This document shows positions 29,611 through 40,738 of a DNA stretch of 64,000 bases, piece after piece. The notes beneath the pieces were generated by a model, which worked only from the letters and a program-made list of their open reading frames with translations, did not search any database and was not told where the DNA came from. This stretch comes from Mesorhizobium sp. (GTDB lineage Bacteria; Pseudomonadota; Alphaproteobacteria; Rhizobiales; Rhizobiaceae), in assembly GCF_041661565.1 (NCBI RefSeq), contig NZ_JBAZUD010000001.1:11321-75320 (forward strand). Reading direction: 5' to 3'. Position 1 is the stretch's first letter; each line of letters starts with the position of its first letter. The position numbers and the translations under genes are program-made.

Positions 29611-30855
29611 TTACGATCCCGTCGGACCTTCCGGATCACCGTTTCTCCTGGCCAGGCGCGCGAAAATGGTCGAAGTGCGCAACAGCGCGATGAAGCGGCC
29701 GCGCTCGCCTGCCGGCACGCCCGACCGGGCTTGCATGCGGTAGAGGATGACCGCGATGAAGATCGCGTAGACGACGGCGCTGAACACGAACAGCGCGCTC
29801 GGCCCGAAATACTGCATCGCCGTCGAGGCCGCGAACGGGCCGCCAATGGCGCCGAAGGAATAGAACAGCATCAGCGCCGCGTTGATCAGCACGAACTCGC
29901 CCGCGTCGGCGCGGTCGTTGGAATGCGCCGCCGACAGCGAATAGAGCGGCATGGCGAAACAGCCGAAGATGAAGATGATGACGAAGTTGAGCAGCGGATT
30001 GCTGCCGGCGACGAACACAAGCGCCAGGGCTGACAGCATCGCACAGCAGGTCGTGATCAACAGCACCCGGCGCCGGTCCCAGCGGTCGGAAAGATAGCCG
30101 AGCGGATACTGGATGATGGCGCCGCCGAAGATGCCGACGCTGACGAAGGTGACGACATCGGCGACCGACATGCCGATCTGCTCGGCATAGACCGGCGACA
30201 GCGTGCGAAAGGCGCTGTTGGTGACGCCGACGGCGATGCACCCGAAGCAGCCGAGCGGCGAAATCCGCCAGACGCGCGCCAGGTCGAGCTTGACCTCCTC
30301 GGGCGGCGTCGGATTCGTGCGGTCGCCGAGCGACACCGGCACCAGCGACAGGGTGATCATGATCGACATGATGGCGAAGATGGTGAAGCCTCCGGCGCCG
30401 AAGACCGGGATCAGGAACTGGGCGGAGGTTACCGAGCCGATATCGACCATCCGGTAGATCGCCAGCACGCGGGCCCGGTCGTGGTTGCCGACACCGGAAT
30501 TCATCCAGCTTTCGACGATGGTGAACAGTCCGGCGAAGCAGAAACCACCGACAAAGCGCACCGCGCACCACATGATCGGATCGAGAACCAGCACCAGCAG
30601 CAAGGTGCCGACCGAGGCGATCGCAGCCAGTGCCGAAAATGCCCTGATATGGCCGACCGCCTTCATGATGCGGGTGATGGCCAGGCAGCCGAGCAGGAAC
30701 CCGGCGAAATAGAACGTGCCCATCAGCCCGATCAAGGAGGCCGGAAACCCTTCCTGCGCGCCGCGCAGCGCGATCAGCGTGCTCTGCAGCCCATTGCCGC
30801 CCAGCAGGATGCCAGCGGCGAGGAGAAGCGGGATCAGTGGGCGGATGGAAGACAT
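29611..30855 (-). CDS. MFS transporter (YcaD-like)
   Basis: VGHIRAF, IVESWMN, QYPLGYLSDRWDRR and PLYSLSAAHSND. Confidence 0.9.
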   Translation of the reverse strand: MSSIRPLIPLLLAAGILLGGNGLQSTLIALRGAQEGFPASLIGLMGTFYFAGFLLGCLAITRIMKAVGHIRAFSALAAIASVGTLLLVLVLDPIMWCAVRFVGGFCFAGLFTIVESWMNSGVGNHDRARVLAIYRMVDIGSVTSAQFLIPVFGAGGFTIFAIMSIMITLSLVPVSLGDRTNPTPPEEVKLDLARVWRISPLGCFGCIAVGVTNSAFRTLSPVYAEQIGMSVADVVTFVSVGIFGGAIIQYPLGYLSDRWDRRRVLLITTCCAMLSALALVFVAGSNPLLNFVIIFIFGCFAMPLYSLSAAHSNDRADAGEFVLINAALMLFYSFGAIGGPFAASTAMQYFGPSALFVFSAVVYAIFIAVILYRMQARSGVPAGERGRFIALLRTSTIFARLARRNGDPEGPTGS

Positions 30856-31036
30856 GAAGGGGTGATCACGTGTCGGTGATCCTTATTGGACCATCACCTT
30901 GGCCAATGCCAGCGGCAATTGCCGGTGGCGTTGAGCCAACAAGGGCAACGGCTGGTTCCGACAGAAGGCAGCTTGGCTGTATTCCGTCGCGCTTGCTATA
31001 TTCCCCAGTGCTTGTCACGCAGGGTGGGGATTTCAC

Positions 31037-31831
31037 ATGTCAGGCTATTTCGGCACGGAGGTTCAGCAGCGCCTGCAAGCTCAGGCCGAGGCGAGTGTCG
31101 ATTTCATCAGAGCGACTCCCGGCGCGTGCCAGACTGGGCGCACGATGGGGTGCGATGATCCCGATCGGTTGGGCTGGGAACTGATCGACAAGATCCTCAA
31201 TCGCGACGGCGTCTGTGGCTTTCGCATGATACCGGCAAGCAAGGCGGACGAGCTCAAGTCTCGACTGGCCAAGGTCGGCTTCCGCCTCGATACCTGGGAC
31301 GTGTTTGTGGCCGACCAGGCAAGTGCCCTGGCGGCATCGGAGGCAATTATCGACCGCGGATTGCCCGGCGGGCTTGTCGATCAAGACCAGCCGGCCGAAC
31401 CGGATGGTGCGTATATGGCCCGCATCCAGGCGCATATGGCGGCATCGGGCGTAGTCCCATTTTCAGGGTCGCTGCTGGCCGGAACCTTGGGGCCGGCAAC
31501 CACGGTAGTGGTAGGCGAAGAGACGGGAACTGTCGCGGCAACCGCGCATGGGTACCTGGCGCACAATTCCTATAGCGCCTATCACCGATATGCATGGGGT
31601 GGCTTGGTTGCGGTCTCGGAATCGCAGAGGGGCCGAGGGCTCGGTAATTACATCAACGCTCGCATGATCCTCAGTGTGTTTCGCGATCTGCATGCCACAC
31701 ACATTTATGAGCTCGTCTCAGCATCGAACATACCATCCCGACGAATGGTGGAATCATGCGCACTTCGTCCGGATCCAGCGGTCGTGTGTGGGGTCGCCAC
31801 GCCCAGTGATGGTGCGCGCTTCACCCGCTGA
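31037..31831 (+). CDS. Hypothetical protein with a C-terminal GNAT acetyltransferase domain
   Basis: Acetyl-CoA motif A VAVSESQRGRGLG and N.PSRRMVESC. Confidence 0.75.
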   Translation: MSGYFGTEVQQRLQAQAEASVDFIRATPGACQTGRTMGCDDPDRLGWELIDKILNRDGVCGFRMIPASKADELKSRLAKVGFRLDTWDVFVADQASALAASEAIIDRGLPGGLVDQDQPAEPDGAYMARIQAHMAASGVVPFSGSLLAGTLGPATTVVVGEETGTVAATAHGYLAHNSYSAYHRYAWGGLVAVSESQRGRGLGNYINARMILSVFRDLHATHIYELVSASNIPSRRMVESCALRPDPAVVCGVATPSDGARFTR

Positions 31832-32025
31832 TCGCCATCAGCGATCCATGTTGGGTCACCGCTTGTTGTGAGCGATGACCGCAACGGCTCAAAAGCCAAA
31901 GTTCGCGCCGAGATGCTACCAAGCGCCGTTGCCTTGACAAATCCGGCCTCGCATGCGCTTTTCGCGCAAATTTTGAGGCCGGGCCTGATGCTTCGGCCTG
32001 CAACTCCATACCCCGGACTTCAGCA

Positions 32026-33822
32026 ATGACAATGCATCGTTACCGCAGCCATACCTGTGCCCAGCTGAGAAAGACCGACGTCGGCTCGACCGTTCGCCTG
32101 TCGGGCTGGGTGCACCGTGTGCGTGACCATGGCGGCCTGCTCTTCATCGACCTGCGCGACCATTATGGCCTGACCCAGATCGTCGCCGATCCCGATTCGC
32201 CGGCCTTCAAGGTCGCCGAGACCGTGCGCGGCGAATGGGTCATCCGCGTCGACGGCGAGGTCAAGGCGCGCTTGCCGGAGACAGTCAACGCCAACCTGCC
32301 GACCGGCGAGATCGAAATTTTCGCCCGCGAGATCGAGGTTCTGTCGGCGGCCAAGGAATTGCCGCTGCCGGTGTTCGGCGAGCCGGACTATCCCGAGGAT
32401 ATCAGGCTGAAGTACCGCTTCCTCGACCTGCGCCGCGACACGCTGCACAGGAACATCGTGGCGCGGACGAAGATCATCGCCGAGATGCGCAAGCGCATGG
32501 GCGAGGTCGGTTTCACCGAATTCTCGACGCCGATCCTTACCGCGTCTTCGCCGGAAGGCGCACGCGACTTCCTGGTGCCGTCGCGCATCCACCCCGGCAC
32601 TTTTTATGCTCTGCCGCAGGCGCCGCAGCAGTACAAGCAGCTGATCATGGTGTCGGGCTTCGACCGCTATTTCCAGATCGCGCCGTGCTTCCGCGACGAG
32701 GATCCGCGCGCTGATCGTCTGCCCGGCGAATTCTACCAGCTCGACCTCGAAATGAGCTTTGTCGAGCAGGACGATGTGCTGTCGACCATGGAGCCGGTGA
32801 TGCGGGGCGTCTTCGAGACCTTCGCCAACGGCAAGCCGGTGACGCAGAAATTCCAGCGCATCCCCTACGACGTCGCCATGCGCAAATACGGTTCCGACAA
32901 GCCTGATCTGCGCAACCCGATCGAGATGCAGGCCGTCTCCGACCATTTCCGCGACTCCGGCTTCAAGGTTTTCGCCAACATCCTGGCCAATGACCCGAAG
33001 GCCGAGGTTTGGGGCATTCCGGCCAAGACCGGCGGCAGCCGCGCGTTCTGCGATCGTATGAACTCCTGGGCGCAAGGCGAGGGCCAGCCGGGCCTGGGCT
33101 ACATCTTCTGGCGCAAGGAGGGCGACGAGACCGAGGGCGCCGGCCCGCTCGCCAAGAACATCGGCGAGGAGCGTACCGAGGCGATCCGGCTTCAGCTCGG
33201 CCTTGCCGATGGCGACGCCGCCTTCTTCGTCGCCGGTGACCCGAAGAAGTTCGTGTCCTTCGCCGGGGCGGCGCGCACGCGCGCCGGCGAGGAACTGAAC
33301 CTTGTCGATCGCGAGCGCTTCGAACTGTGCTGGATCGTCGACTTCCCGTTCTTCGAATGGAACGAGGAGGAGAAGAAGATCGACTTCGCGCACAACCCGT
33401 TCTCGATGCCGCAGGGCGGCATCGACGCGCTGAACGGCGAGGACCTGCTGGGCATCAAGGCGTTCCAGTACGACATGGTCTGCAACGGCTTCGAGATCGC
33501 GTCTGGCGGCATCCGCAACCATCTGCCCGAAACCATGGTCAAGGCCTTCGAGACGGTCGGGCTGGACCGCGACACGGTGGAAGAGCGTTTCGGCGGTCTT
33601 TATCGTGCGTTCCAATATGGCGCGCCGCCGCATGGCGGCATGGCAGCCGGCGTCGATCGTGTGGTCATGCTGCTGGTCGGGGCAAAGAATCTGCGCGAGA
33701 TCACCATGTTCCCGATGAACCAGCAGGCCTACGACCTGCTGATGAACGCGCCCTCGGCGGCGACCCCGCAGCAATTGCGCGAGCTTTCGCTGCGCGTTGC
33801 GACGGCCAAGAAGGACGCCTGA
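32026..33822 (+). CDS. aspS: Aspartate-tRNA ligase (probably non-discriminating Asp/Asn)
   Basis: [35 protein letters not shown] and GAPPHGG; His in RDHG is typical of non-discriminating AspRS. Confidence 0.97.
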   Translation: MTMHRYRSHTCAQLRKTDVGSTVRLSGWVHRVRDHGGLLFIDLRDHYGLTQIVADPDSPAFKVAETVRGEWVIRVDGEVKARLPETVNANLPTGEIEIFAREIEVLSAAKELPLPVFGEPDYPEDIRLKYRFLDLRRDTLHRNIVARTKIIAEMRKRMGEVGFTEFSTPILTASSPEGARDFLVPSRIHPGTFYALPQAPQQYKQLIMVSGFDRYFQIAPCFRDEDPRADRLPGEFYQLDLEMSFVEQDDVLSTMEPVMRGVFETFANGKPVTQKFQRIPYDVAMRKYGSDKPDLRNPIEMQAVSDHFRDSGFKVFANILANDPKAEVWGIPAKTGGSRAFCDRMNSWAQGEGQPGLGYIFWRKEGDETEGAGPLAKNIGEERTEAIRLQLGLADGDAAFFVAGDPKKFVSFAGAARTRAGEELNLVDRERFELCWIVDFPFFEWNEEEKKIDFAHNPFSMPQGGIDALNGEDLLGIKAFQYDMVCNGFEIASGGIRNHLPETMVKAFETVGLDRDTVEERFGGLYRAFQYGAPPHGGMAAGVDRVVMLLVGAKNLREITMFPMNQQAYDLLMNAPSAATPQQLRELSLRVATAKKDA

Positions 33823-33885
33823 TCGCAACGTCTGGCAGGGCTTAATCAACCGCCGGAACCGATTCTTTCAATTCGGAAATCCTAC

Positions 33886-33915
33886 AAAAAAGCCCGGCAT
33901 CGCTGCCGGGCTTTT
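33886..33915. terminator. Bidirectional rho-independent terminator
   Basis: aaaaaagcccggca-tcgc-tgccgggctttt between convergent genes. Confidence 0.88.
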
Positions 33916-33934
33916 GCGATTGCGACCGGATCTA

Positions 33935-35125
33935 TCAGTCCTCGTTCGCCTTGACATGAACGCCGAGCGTCTTGGGCAGGTCGAGCGGGTTGGACATCGC
34001 GCCCGCCATGATCAGCGCGAAGGGAACCGATGACGGCGGCGCGGCCGAGATCTCTAGGCTCTTCGGGTCATCGAGATACTTGCCGACCGCAGCGGTCACT
34101 TCGGCCGTCAGTTCCGGGTTGTTGAGCTGCGCCATGCCGAACGGCACGATCGCCTTGGCCTGGTTGGCGATGTCCTTGCCGGACATGCCCTGCTGCTTGC
34201 CGACATAGTCCAACACCTTGTTGGTCAGCGAATCGTCGTCGAAGCGAAACGAGGCGCCGTTGAACGACAGCTGCTGCATGAGGCCGAGCGCGGCCATGCC
34301 TTGCGCCGAACTGTCGGCGCCTTCCGGCTGCGCCGCCATCTTCTTCTGCATCTCCTGCAGCGACTTGATGAAGTCGACCGTGTAGCCGCCGAGATTGAAC
34401 TTCATGCCCAGCGTGCCCGCATTTGCAACGGAAACGTCGTATTTCGTCAGTTCCATCTTGCCGTCGGACGGCTGCCAGGTGCCGGCCATCTGGAAGTTAC
34501 CCGAGATGTTCTGGTAGCCGAGCGCGTTGATGACTTCCTTGGACTTGGGATCGTCGACAAGCGTCAGGTCGGCGTTGAACTTTTCCGTGGTGCCAGTGAA
34601 TTCCATCGCCTTGCCGTCCGCGGGCGGTGTGATCTTGACGGCAAGCCCGTCCATCGAGAAGGCGGTCTTGTCGGCGACCTTGACCGTCATGTTCGAGAGT
34701 TCGGCTGATTTGTACATCATCAGCGAGCCCAGCGGGCCTGTGGCGCCGTCAGCGGGGACCGTCATGCCGTGGATGACGAAGGGGCTGAGATCGAGGGTGA
34801 CGCCGTCCTTGCTGTGGCCGAACGCCGATGTCGTTACGGTGGCGATCTCATAGCCGCCATTTGCCTCCGTGACACCTTCCAGCTTGACGTCGCCGATGGC
34901 GAGAGGCTCCTTTTCCGATGCCGGCTTAACCGATACGCTCTGCAGCACCATGCTCGTTTTGTCGCCTGTCACGCCGGTCCAGGAAATGTCGACGCCCTGG
35001 GTGGCCAGAGTGGCCTTCAGCCGGTCGGCGACCGCCGTGTCCTGGGCGAGGGCGGCGTTGAGAGGAAGTGTGAGCAGGAAGGTCGAAAAAGCGAGTTTAT
35101 GGAGAGTTGAGCGTTTGATTGTCAT
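33935..35125 (-). CDS. Conserved exported hypothetical protein (YdgA/DUF945-like)
   Basis: Signal peptide ending NAALA-QD; beta-rich body; typical codon usage; family assignment is tentative. Confidence 0.7.
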   Translation of the reverse strand: MTIKRSTLHKLAFSTFLLTLPLNAALAQDTAVADRLKATLATQGVDISWTGVTGDKTSMVLQSVSVKPASEKEPLAIGDVKLEGVTEANGGYEIATVTTSAFGHSKDGVTLDLSPFVIHGMTVPADGATGPLGSLMMYKSAELSNMTVKVADKTAFSMDGLAVKITPPADGKAMEFTGTTEKFNADLTLVDDPKSKEVINALGYQNISGNFQMAGTWQPSDGKMELTKYDVSVANAGTLGMKFNLGGYTVDFIKSLQEMQKKMAAQPEGADSSAQGMAALGLMQQLSFNGASFRFDDDSLTNKVLDYVGKQQGMSGKDIANQAKAIVPFGMAQLNNPELTAEVTAAVGKYLDDPKSLEISAAPPSSVPFALIMAGAMSNPLDLPKTLGVHVKANED

Positions 35126-35449
35126 CGCGATATCCCTGAGAGTATCCTGAAATTGTTCTTCAATTCTTTGCGCCGTCACCCTTCCGTGACGAACTGGACC
35201 GGAAAAAGGCGTGTCCCGGCACAATGGTCAAAAATCACGGCGAAAGGCAAACTTGATCCCATCGTCTTTTCGCAAGCGGTGAATTTGTCATGAATGGCCC
35301 GCCGCCTGATGTCACCGCGCTTCCCTAGAGGCCACGTGTAACGGGCTGATGTTGGGCGGCGTCGCCCGGCACAGGGTTTCATGTTGCACAAACGCCCGCA
35401 TTTCGGCCGGGCTCTTGCCGCGAATCACCCGCTCGGCTAGGTCCAGCCC

Positions 35450-37702
35450 ATGGGAAAAAGGCTTTTGCCGCCTCAAGATGGCGGCGGCGATCACATCGAA
35501 CCGATCGATCTGAAGAAAGCGCTGGAAGAGCGCTACCTCGCCTACGCGCTGTCGACGATCATGCACCGGGCATTGCCCGATGTGCGCGACGGGCTGAAGC
35601 CGGTCCACCGGCGCATCATGCACGCGATGCGCCTGCTGCGTCTCAATCCGGATCAGGGCTTCGCCAAATGTGCCCGCATCGTCGGCGAGGTGATGGGCAA
35701 GTTCCATCCGCATGGCGACCAGTCGATCTATGACGCGCTGGTGCGGCTGGCGCAGGATTTCTCGATGCGCTACCCGCTGGTCGACGGGCAAGGCAATTTC
35801 GGCAACATCGATGGCGATAACGCCGCCGCGATGCGCTACACCGAAGCCCGCATGACCGATGTGTCGACGCTGCTTCTGGAAGGCATCACCGAGGATGCCG
35901 TCGATTTTCGGGCAACCTACAATGAAGAAGACGAAGAGCCGGTGGTGCTGCCCGGCGCCTTCCCGAACCTGCTTGCCAATGGCTCGTCCGGCATCGCGGT
36001 GGGCATGGCGACCTCGATCCCGCCGCACAACGCGGCCGAATTGTGCGATGCAGCACTGCATCTGATCGAGCATCGGGACGCGCCGGTGGCGAAGCTCATG
36101 GACTTCGTCCAGGGTCCGGATTTCCCGACGGGCGGCATCATCGTCGATAGCCGCGCCTCCATCCTCGAAGCCTACGAGACGGGCCGCGGCGGCTTCCGTG
36201 TCAGGTCGAAATGGATCCAGGAGGATCTGGGCAGGGGCACCTGGAGCATCGTCGTCACCGAAATCCCGTATGGCGTCCAGAAGGCGCGGCTGATCGAGAA
36301 GATCGCGGAACTGCTCATGGCGCGCAAGCTGCCGCTGCTTGAGGACATCCGGGACGAGAGCGCCGAGGACATTCGCGTCGTGCTCGTGCCGAAGAGCCGT
36401 TCGGTCGATCCCGGCATCCTTATGGAATCACTGTTCAAGCTGACCGAGCTCGAAAGCCGGTTTCCGCTCAACATGAACGTGCTTTCGCGCGGCAAGGTGC
36501 CCAACGTCCTGTCGTTGAAAGGCGTGCTGCAGGAATGGCTGGAGCATCGCCGCGACGTGCTGGTGCGGCGCTCGAAACATCGGCTTGGCGAGATCGAAAG
36601 ACGCCTGGAGATTCTCGCCGGCTATTTGATCGCCTATCTCAACATCGACGAGGTGATCAGGATCATCCGCGAGGAGGACGAGCCCAAGCAGGTGATGATG
36701 GCCCGCTGGTCGCTCACCGACACGCAGGCCGAGGCCATCCTCAACATGCGCCTGCGCGCCCTGCGCAAGCTCGAGGAATTCGAGATCCGCAAGGAGTTCG
36801 ACGGCTTGAGCGCCGAAAAGAAGCAGATAGAGGCTTTGCTGGCATCGGATGCCAAGCAATGGGCGACGATCAAGTGGGAAGTCACCAACATCCGCGACAA
36901 GTTCGGCCCGGAGACCGAAATCGGCAAGCGCCGCACCCAGTTCGCCGACGCGCCCGAGCATGACCTGACAGACATCGCGCATGCCATGATCGAGCGCGAG
37001 CCCGTGACCGTGGTCGTCTCGGAAAAGGGCTGGCTGCGGGCCATGAAGGGCCATTTGACGGACTATTCCACCTTGACCTTCAAGGAGGGCGACAGCCTCA
37101 AACTCGCCTTCCACGCCCAGACCACCGACAAGGTGCTGGTGTTCACGACGGGTGGCAAATTCTACACCATCGGCGCCGACCGGCTGCCCGGCGGGCGCGG
37201 CCATGGCGAGCCGATCCGCATCATCGTCGACATGGACAACGACCAGGATATCGTCACCGCCTTCATCCACGATCCCAAGCGCAAGCTGCTACTGGTTTCG
37301 CACGACGCCAATGGCTTCATCGTGCCGGAGGAGGAAGTGGTCGCAAACACCCGCAAGGGCAAGCAGGTGATGAACGTGAAAGCCCCGGACGAGGCCAAGC
37401 GCTGCATTCCGGTCACGGGCGACCATCTCGCCATCGTCGGCGAGAACCGCAAGATGCTGGTGTTCGCGCTCTCTGAGATTCCGGAGATGAGCCGCGGCAA
37501 GGGCGTGCGGCTGCAGAAATACAAGGACGGCGGCCTCCTCGACCTCAAGCCGTTCACGCTGGAGAGCGGCCTCTCCTGGCAGGATTCCGCCGACCGGACG
37601 TTTACGCGGTCGCGCGAGGAACTCGTCGAATGGATCGGCGCCCGTGCCTCTGCCGGACGCATGGTGCCGAAAGGTTTCCCCAGGACGGGCAAGTTCGGAT
37701 AG
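35450..37702 (+). CDS. parC: DNA topoisomerase IV subunit A
   Basis: [28 protein letters not shown] and AAMRYTE; 750 aa with no GyrA box. Confidence 0.96.
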   Translation: MGKRLLPPQDGGGDHIEPIDLKKALEERYLAYALSTIMHRALPDVRDGLKPVHRRIMHAMRLLRLNPDQGFAKCARIVGEVMGKFHPHGDQSIYDALVRLAQDFSMRYPLVDGQGNFGNIDGDNAAAMRYTEARMTDVSTLLLEGITEDAVDFRATYNEEDEEPVVLPGAFPNLLANGSSGIAVGMATSIPPHNAAELCDAALHLIEHRDAPVAKLMDFVQGPDFPTGGIIVDSRASILEAYETGRGGFRVRSKWIQEDLGRGTWSIVVTEIPYGVQKARLIEKIAELLMARKLPLLEDIRDESAEDIRVVLVPKSRSVDPGILMESLFKLTELESRFPLNMNVLSRGKVPNVLSLKGVLQEWLEHRRDVLVRRSKHRLGEIERRLEILAGYLIAYLNIDEVIRIIREEDEPKQVMMARWSLTDTQAEAILNMRLRALRKLEEFEIRKEFDGLSAEKKQIEALLASDAKQWATIKWEVTNIRDKFGPETEIGKRRTQFADAPEHDLTDIAHAMIEREPVTVVVSEKGWLRAMKGHLTDYSTLTFKEGDSLKLAFHAQTTDKVLVFTTGGKFYTIGADRLPGGRGHGEPIRIIVDMDNDQDIVTAFIHDPKRKLLLVSHDANGFIVPEEEVVANTRKGKQVMNVKAPDEAKRCIPVTGDHLAIVGENRKMLVFALSEIPEMSRGKGVRLQKYKDGGLLDLKPFTLESGLSWQDSADRTFTRSREELVEWIGARASAGRMVPKGFPRTGKFG

Positions 37703-37709
37703 CTGAGCG

Positions 37710-37801
37710 CCTTTTCCTTCCCCCCTTGTGGAGGAAGTGGCCTCGCCAAGCGAGGTCTCGGCGCTGCGCGCCGATCCACCTTCTCCCACAAGGGGAGAAG
37801 G
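37710..37801. repeat. Internally deleted copy of the 23955-24106 palindromic element
   Basis: Shares gtggcctcgc.aagcgaggtc and gctgcgcgccgatccaccttctccc with that element. Confidence 0.85.
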
Positions 37802-37889
37802 ACGCTGCGCATCACCATTTGGAGTATCGTCACGATTGCTGCACTATATCAGTGCATAACGGCGAAGGGTGTTTGGGAGACACGGGCGT

Positions 37890-39098
37890 TTGAAGGAATC
37901 CAAAATCCAGAAGCCGGAACGCCAGCAGCGCCTGTTCGGCCTGTCGACGCCGTTGCGGTCCGCCGTCATTCCGCCGCTCTCGGCGGCGCGCTGGCTGCTG
38001 GTGCTGATCGTCGCCGCCGGCGTCTATTTCTTCCACGGTTTCCTGTTTCCCGTGCTGGCAGCGCTGGTCATCGCTTTTGCCAGCTGGCCGCTCTATAGGC
38101 GGCTGCTGGCCGGCGTCGGCGGCAACCGCACCATCGCCGCGACCTTAGCCATTCTGTTCATTCTCGCCTTCCTGGTGATACCGATCGCACTTGCCGGCAC
38201 ATACGCCATCAACGAGGTGCGGGAATGGGTCGGTTGGGCGATCGAGACCAACCGGCACGGCGCGCTGACGCCGCACTGGATCACCGCGCTGCCTGTCGTG
38301 GGCGAGTGGCTGAACGAACAATGGATGGCGAATTTTGGCCATCCCGGCGGCATTGGCGAACTGATCCAGCTGGTCAGCGGCGCCAATATAGGCAGCATCT
38401 ACCGCGGTGTGTTGGCAGCTGGCGGCAGCGCCTTCGGCCTGCTGTTGACGCTGCTTTTCATGATGATCGCCCTGTTCTTCGCCTATCGCGACGGCGAGCA
38501 TTTCGCCGGCCAGGTCGATCGTCTCGGCGAGCGTATCCTGCCGGCGCGCTGGGAGCGGATTTCTAGGGTCGTGCCGGCGACAATCTCTTCGACCGTGACC
38601 GGCATGACCGTCATCGCCATCGGAGAGGGGCTCGTGCTGGGTATAGCCTACTGGTTGGCCGGCGTGCCATCTCCGGTGACGCTCGGAGCCCTGACCGGCG
38701 TCATGGCGCTTATCCCGGGCGGCGCGCCATTGTCCTTCACCCTTGTATCGATCTACCTCGCCGCCAGTGGCTCGCCGATGTCCGGCCTGGCGCTGTTCCT
38801 GTGGGGCGCGGTCGAATTGTTCATCGTCGACAAGACGTTGCGTCCGAAGCTCGTCGGCGGGCCGATAAAACTACCGTTCCTGCCGACCTTTTTCGGTCTG
38901 ATCGGCGGCGTCAAGACCATGGGCTTCCTCGGCCTGTTCATCGGCCCGGTGCTGATGGCCCTGCTGGTCGCGATCTGGCGCGAGTGGCTACGCGAGGTTG
39001 AACTGGTCGACGAGCTCGCCCCGGGCTTGCCGGCCGAGGACAGTCCGCGCATCGAGGTGTTGCCGATGCCAGGCGCGGCGGAGAAAACCAGCGCCTGA
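37890..39098 (+). CDS. AI-2E family transporter
   Basis: Multiple TM helices; FFAYRDG, DKTLRPKLVG and GFLGLFIGPVLMA. Confidence 0.9.
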   Translation: MKESKIQKPERQQRLFGLSTPLRSAVIPPLSAARWLLVLIVAAGVYFFHGFLFPVLAALVIAFASWPLYRRLLAGVGGNRTIAATLAILFILAFLVIPIALAGTYAINEVREWVGWAIETNRHGALTPHWITALPVVGEWLNEQWMANFGHPGGIGELIQLVSGANIGSIYRGVLAAGGSAFGLLLTLLFMMIALFFAYRDGEHFAGQVDRLGERILPARWERISRVVPATISSTVTGMTVIAIGEGLVLGIAYWLAGVPSPVTLGALTGVMALIPGGAPLSFTLVSIYLAASGSPMSGLALFLWGAVELFIVDKTLRPKLVGGPIKLPFLPTFFGLIGGVKTMGFLGLFIGPVLMALLVAIWREWLREVELVDELAPGLPAEDSPRIEVLPMPGAAEKTSA

Positions 39099-39156
39099 TA
39101 TTACCCAATGCATGTCGTCGCCGGGAACCTGAGGCTTCCGAACGAACAGGTCGGCG

Positions 39157-39915
39157 TCAAACCGCTTCGCTGTTGTAGCGTTCCCAGCCTTTCGGGCCGA
39201 GATGCTCCTGCGGCATGAAACGCATCTTGTAGTTCATCTTGCGCGAGCCGTTGACCCAATAGCCAAGGTAGACATGGGGCAGGCCCATCGCCCTGGCGCG
39301 GGCGATGTGGTCGAGGATCATGAAGGTTCCGAGGGAACGCTCGTCGAAATCGGGATTGAAGTAGGAATAGACCATCGACAGCCCGTCGGCCATCTTGTCG
39401 GTCAGCGCCACGGCGATCAACTCGCCCTGTCCCTTGCCGGTGATGAACGTGTCGGGGCCTCGCCGCCGGTACTCGATCACCTTGGTGTCGACATGGGTAT
39501 CCTCGACCATCATGGCATAGTCGAGCACCGTCATGTCGGACATCCCGCCACGGCGGTGGCGTGCGTCAAGATAACCGCGGAAGAGGGAATATTGTTCGGT
39601 CGAGGGCTCGGCACTGTGCATGGCGCCGACCAGATCGGAGTTGTGCTGCAGCACGCGCTTCATGTTGCGGCTGGCGACGAACTCCTGAGCGAGGATGCGG
39701 ACCGAAACGCAAGCGCGGCACGTCTCGCAGGCAGGCCTGTAGGCGATGTTCTGCGAGCGCCGGAAGCCGCCTTGCGTCAGGAGATCATTCATCTCCGAAG
39801 CCTTGTCGCCAACCAGATGCGTGAACACCTTGCGCTCGAACTGACCGTCGAGATAGGGGCATGGCGACGGCGCGGTCAGGAAGAACTGCGGCGACTGGGT
39901 CGGGTGGTGCGTCAT
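39157..39915 (-). CDS. bpt: Arginyltransferase-like protein (bacterial Asp/Glu leucyltransferase)
   Basis: [34 protein letters not shown] and YLGYWV.GS.KM.YK. Confidence 0.92.
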   Translation of the reverse strand: MTHHPTQSPQFFLTAPSPCPYLDGQFERKVFTHLVGDKASEMNDLLTQGGFRRSQNIAYRPACETCRACVSVRILAQEFVASRNMKRVLQHNSDLVGAMHSAEPSTEQYSLFRGYLDARHRRGGMSDMTVLDYAMMVEDTHVDTKVIEYRRRGPDTFITGKGQGELIAVALTDKMADGLSMVYSYFNPDFDERSLGTFMILDHIARARAMGLPHVYLGYWVNGSRKMNYKMRFMPQEHLGPKGWERYNSEAV

Positions 39916-40054
39916 CGAGCCTTGGAAACACTCCTTCGAGTCGCTCTACCTTTGGCGCGGAAAGCAAAAAATTCAACAGGATTGTGAAGGCGCGACCAAA
40001 TCCCACGCCTTCACATGTGGGCCGATGCGGCGGTACGGCGTTCCGGAAATGGCG

Positions 40055-40525
40055 TCAACGGCCGGTGCGGCTGACGACCGTACCAAGCAGAAGGTCGTGT
40101 AGCGTGCGCTTGCGATCGGAGAACAAGGTCACCAGCAAGACCAGTGGCGACAGGATGACGTTGCCGGCCCAGAACAGGACCGAGTGGACGACCGCGGTCA
40201 GGCCATCGATCGGCCGGCCATCTAGCCTGTCGAGCCGGATGCCCATCATTTTCATCCCGGTGGTGGCCTGGTCGGCGCTGCCCAGCGTGTTCCAGATATA
40301 CAGGATGGCTACGGCTGGCACGAGAGCGCCATAGAGCATCCAGCCAAGGCCAAGGGTCACAAGACCAAGGAAAAACACCAGGATGGCGAACGGAATGGTG
40401 AGCAGCCCGACGATGATGTAGTCGATCACGAAGGCCAGGATGCGCCGCGTGCGCACGCCGTCATAGGCCCTCACGTCGTCCAGCCTGGTGGGGATTATTT
40501 CGCCGTCGAGAACGCGCGCGTTCAT
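40055..40525 (-). CDS. RDD family protein
   Basis: RRILAFVID, QAT.GMKMMGI and RTLHDLLLGT. Confidence 0.9.
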   Translation of the reverse strand: MNARVLDGEIIPTRLDDVRAYDGVRTRRILAFVIDYIIVGLLTIPFAILVFFLGLVTLGLGWMLYGALVPAVAILYIWNTLGSADQATTGMKMMGIRLDRLDGRPIDGLTAVVHSVLFWAGNVILSPLVLLVTLFSDRKRTLHDLLLGTVVSRTGR

Positions 40526-40738
40526 GTCATTTCCTCGTAACAACTAGGCCCGACATAGGCGCGGACCATTCGATGATGAAATGGTGAATGGCCGAGGCGG
40601 AATCAAGGTCGCGCGTTTTCGCCGATGCGAAGCGCAAAAGCCGCGCTTGGCGAGCTGAACCGGTTGAATTCAGCGCGTGGATGGCATTAGCTCGTTGCAG
40701 CGCAGCAAAAGGCGTCAGGGGCAGAGGGGCGGGGCACT

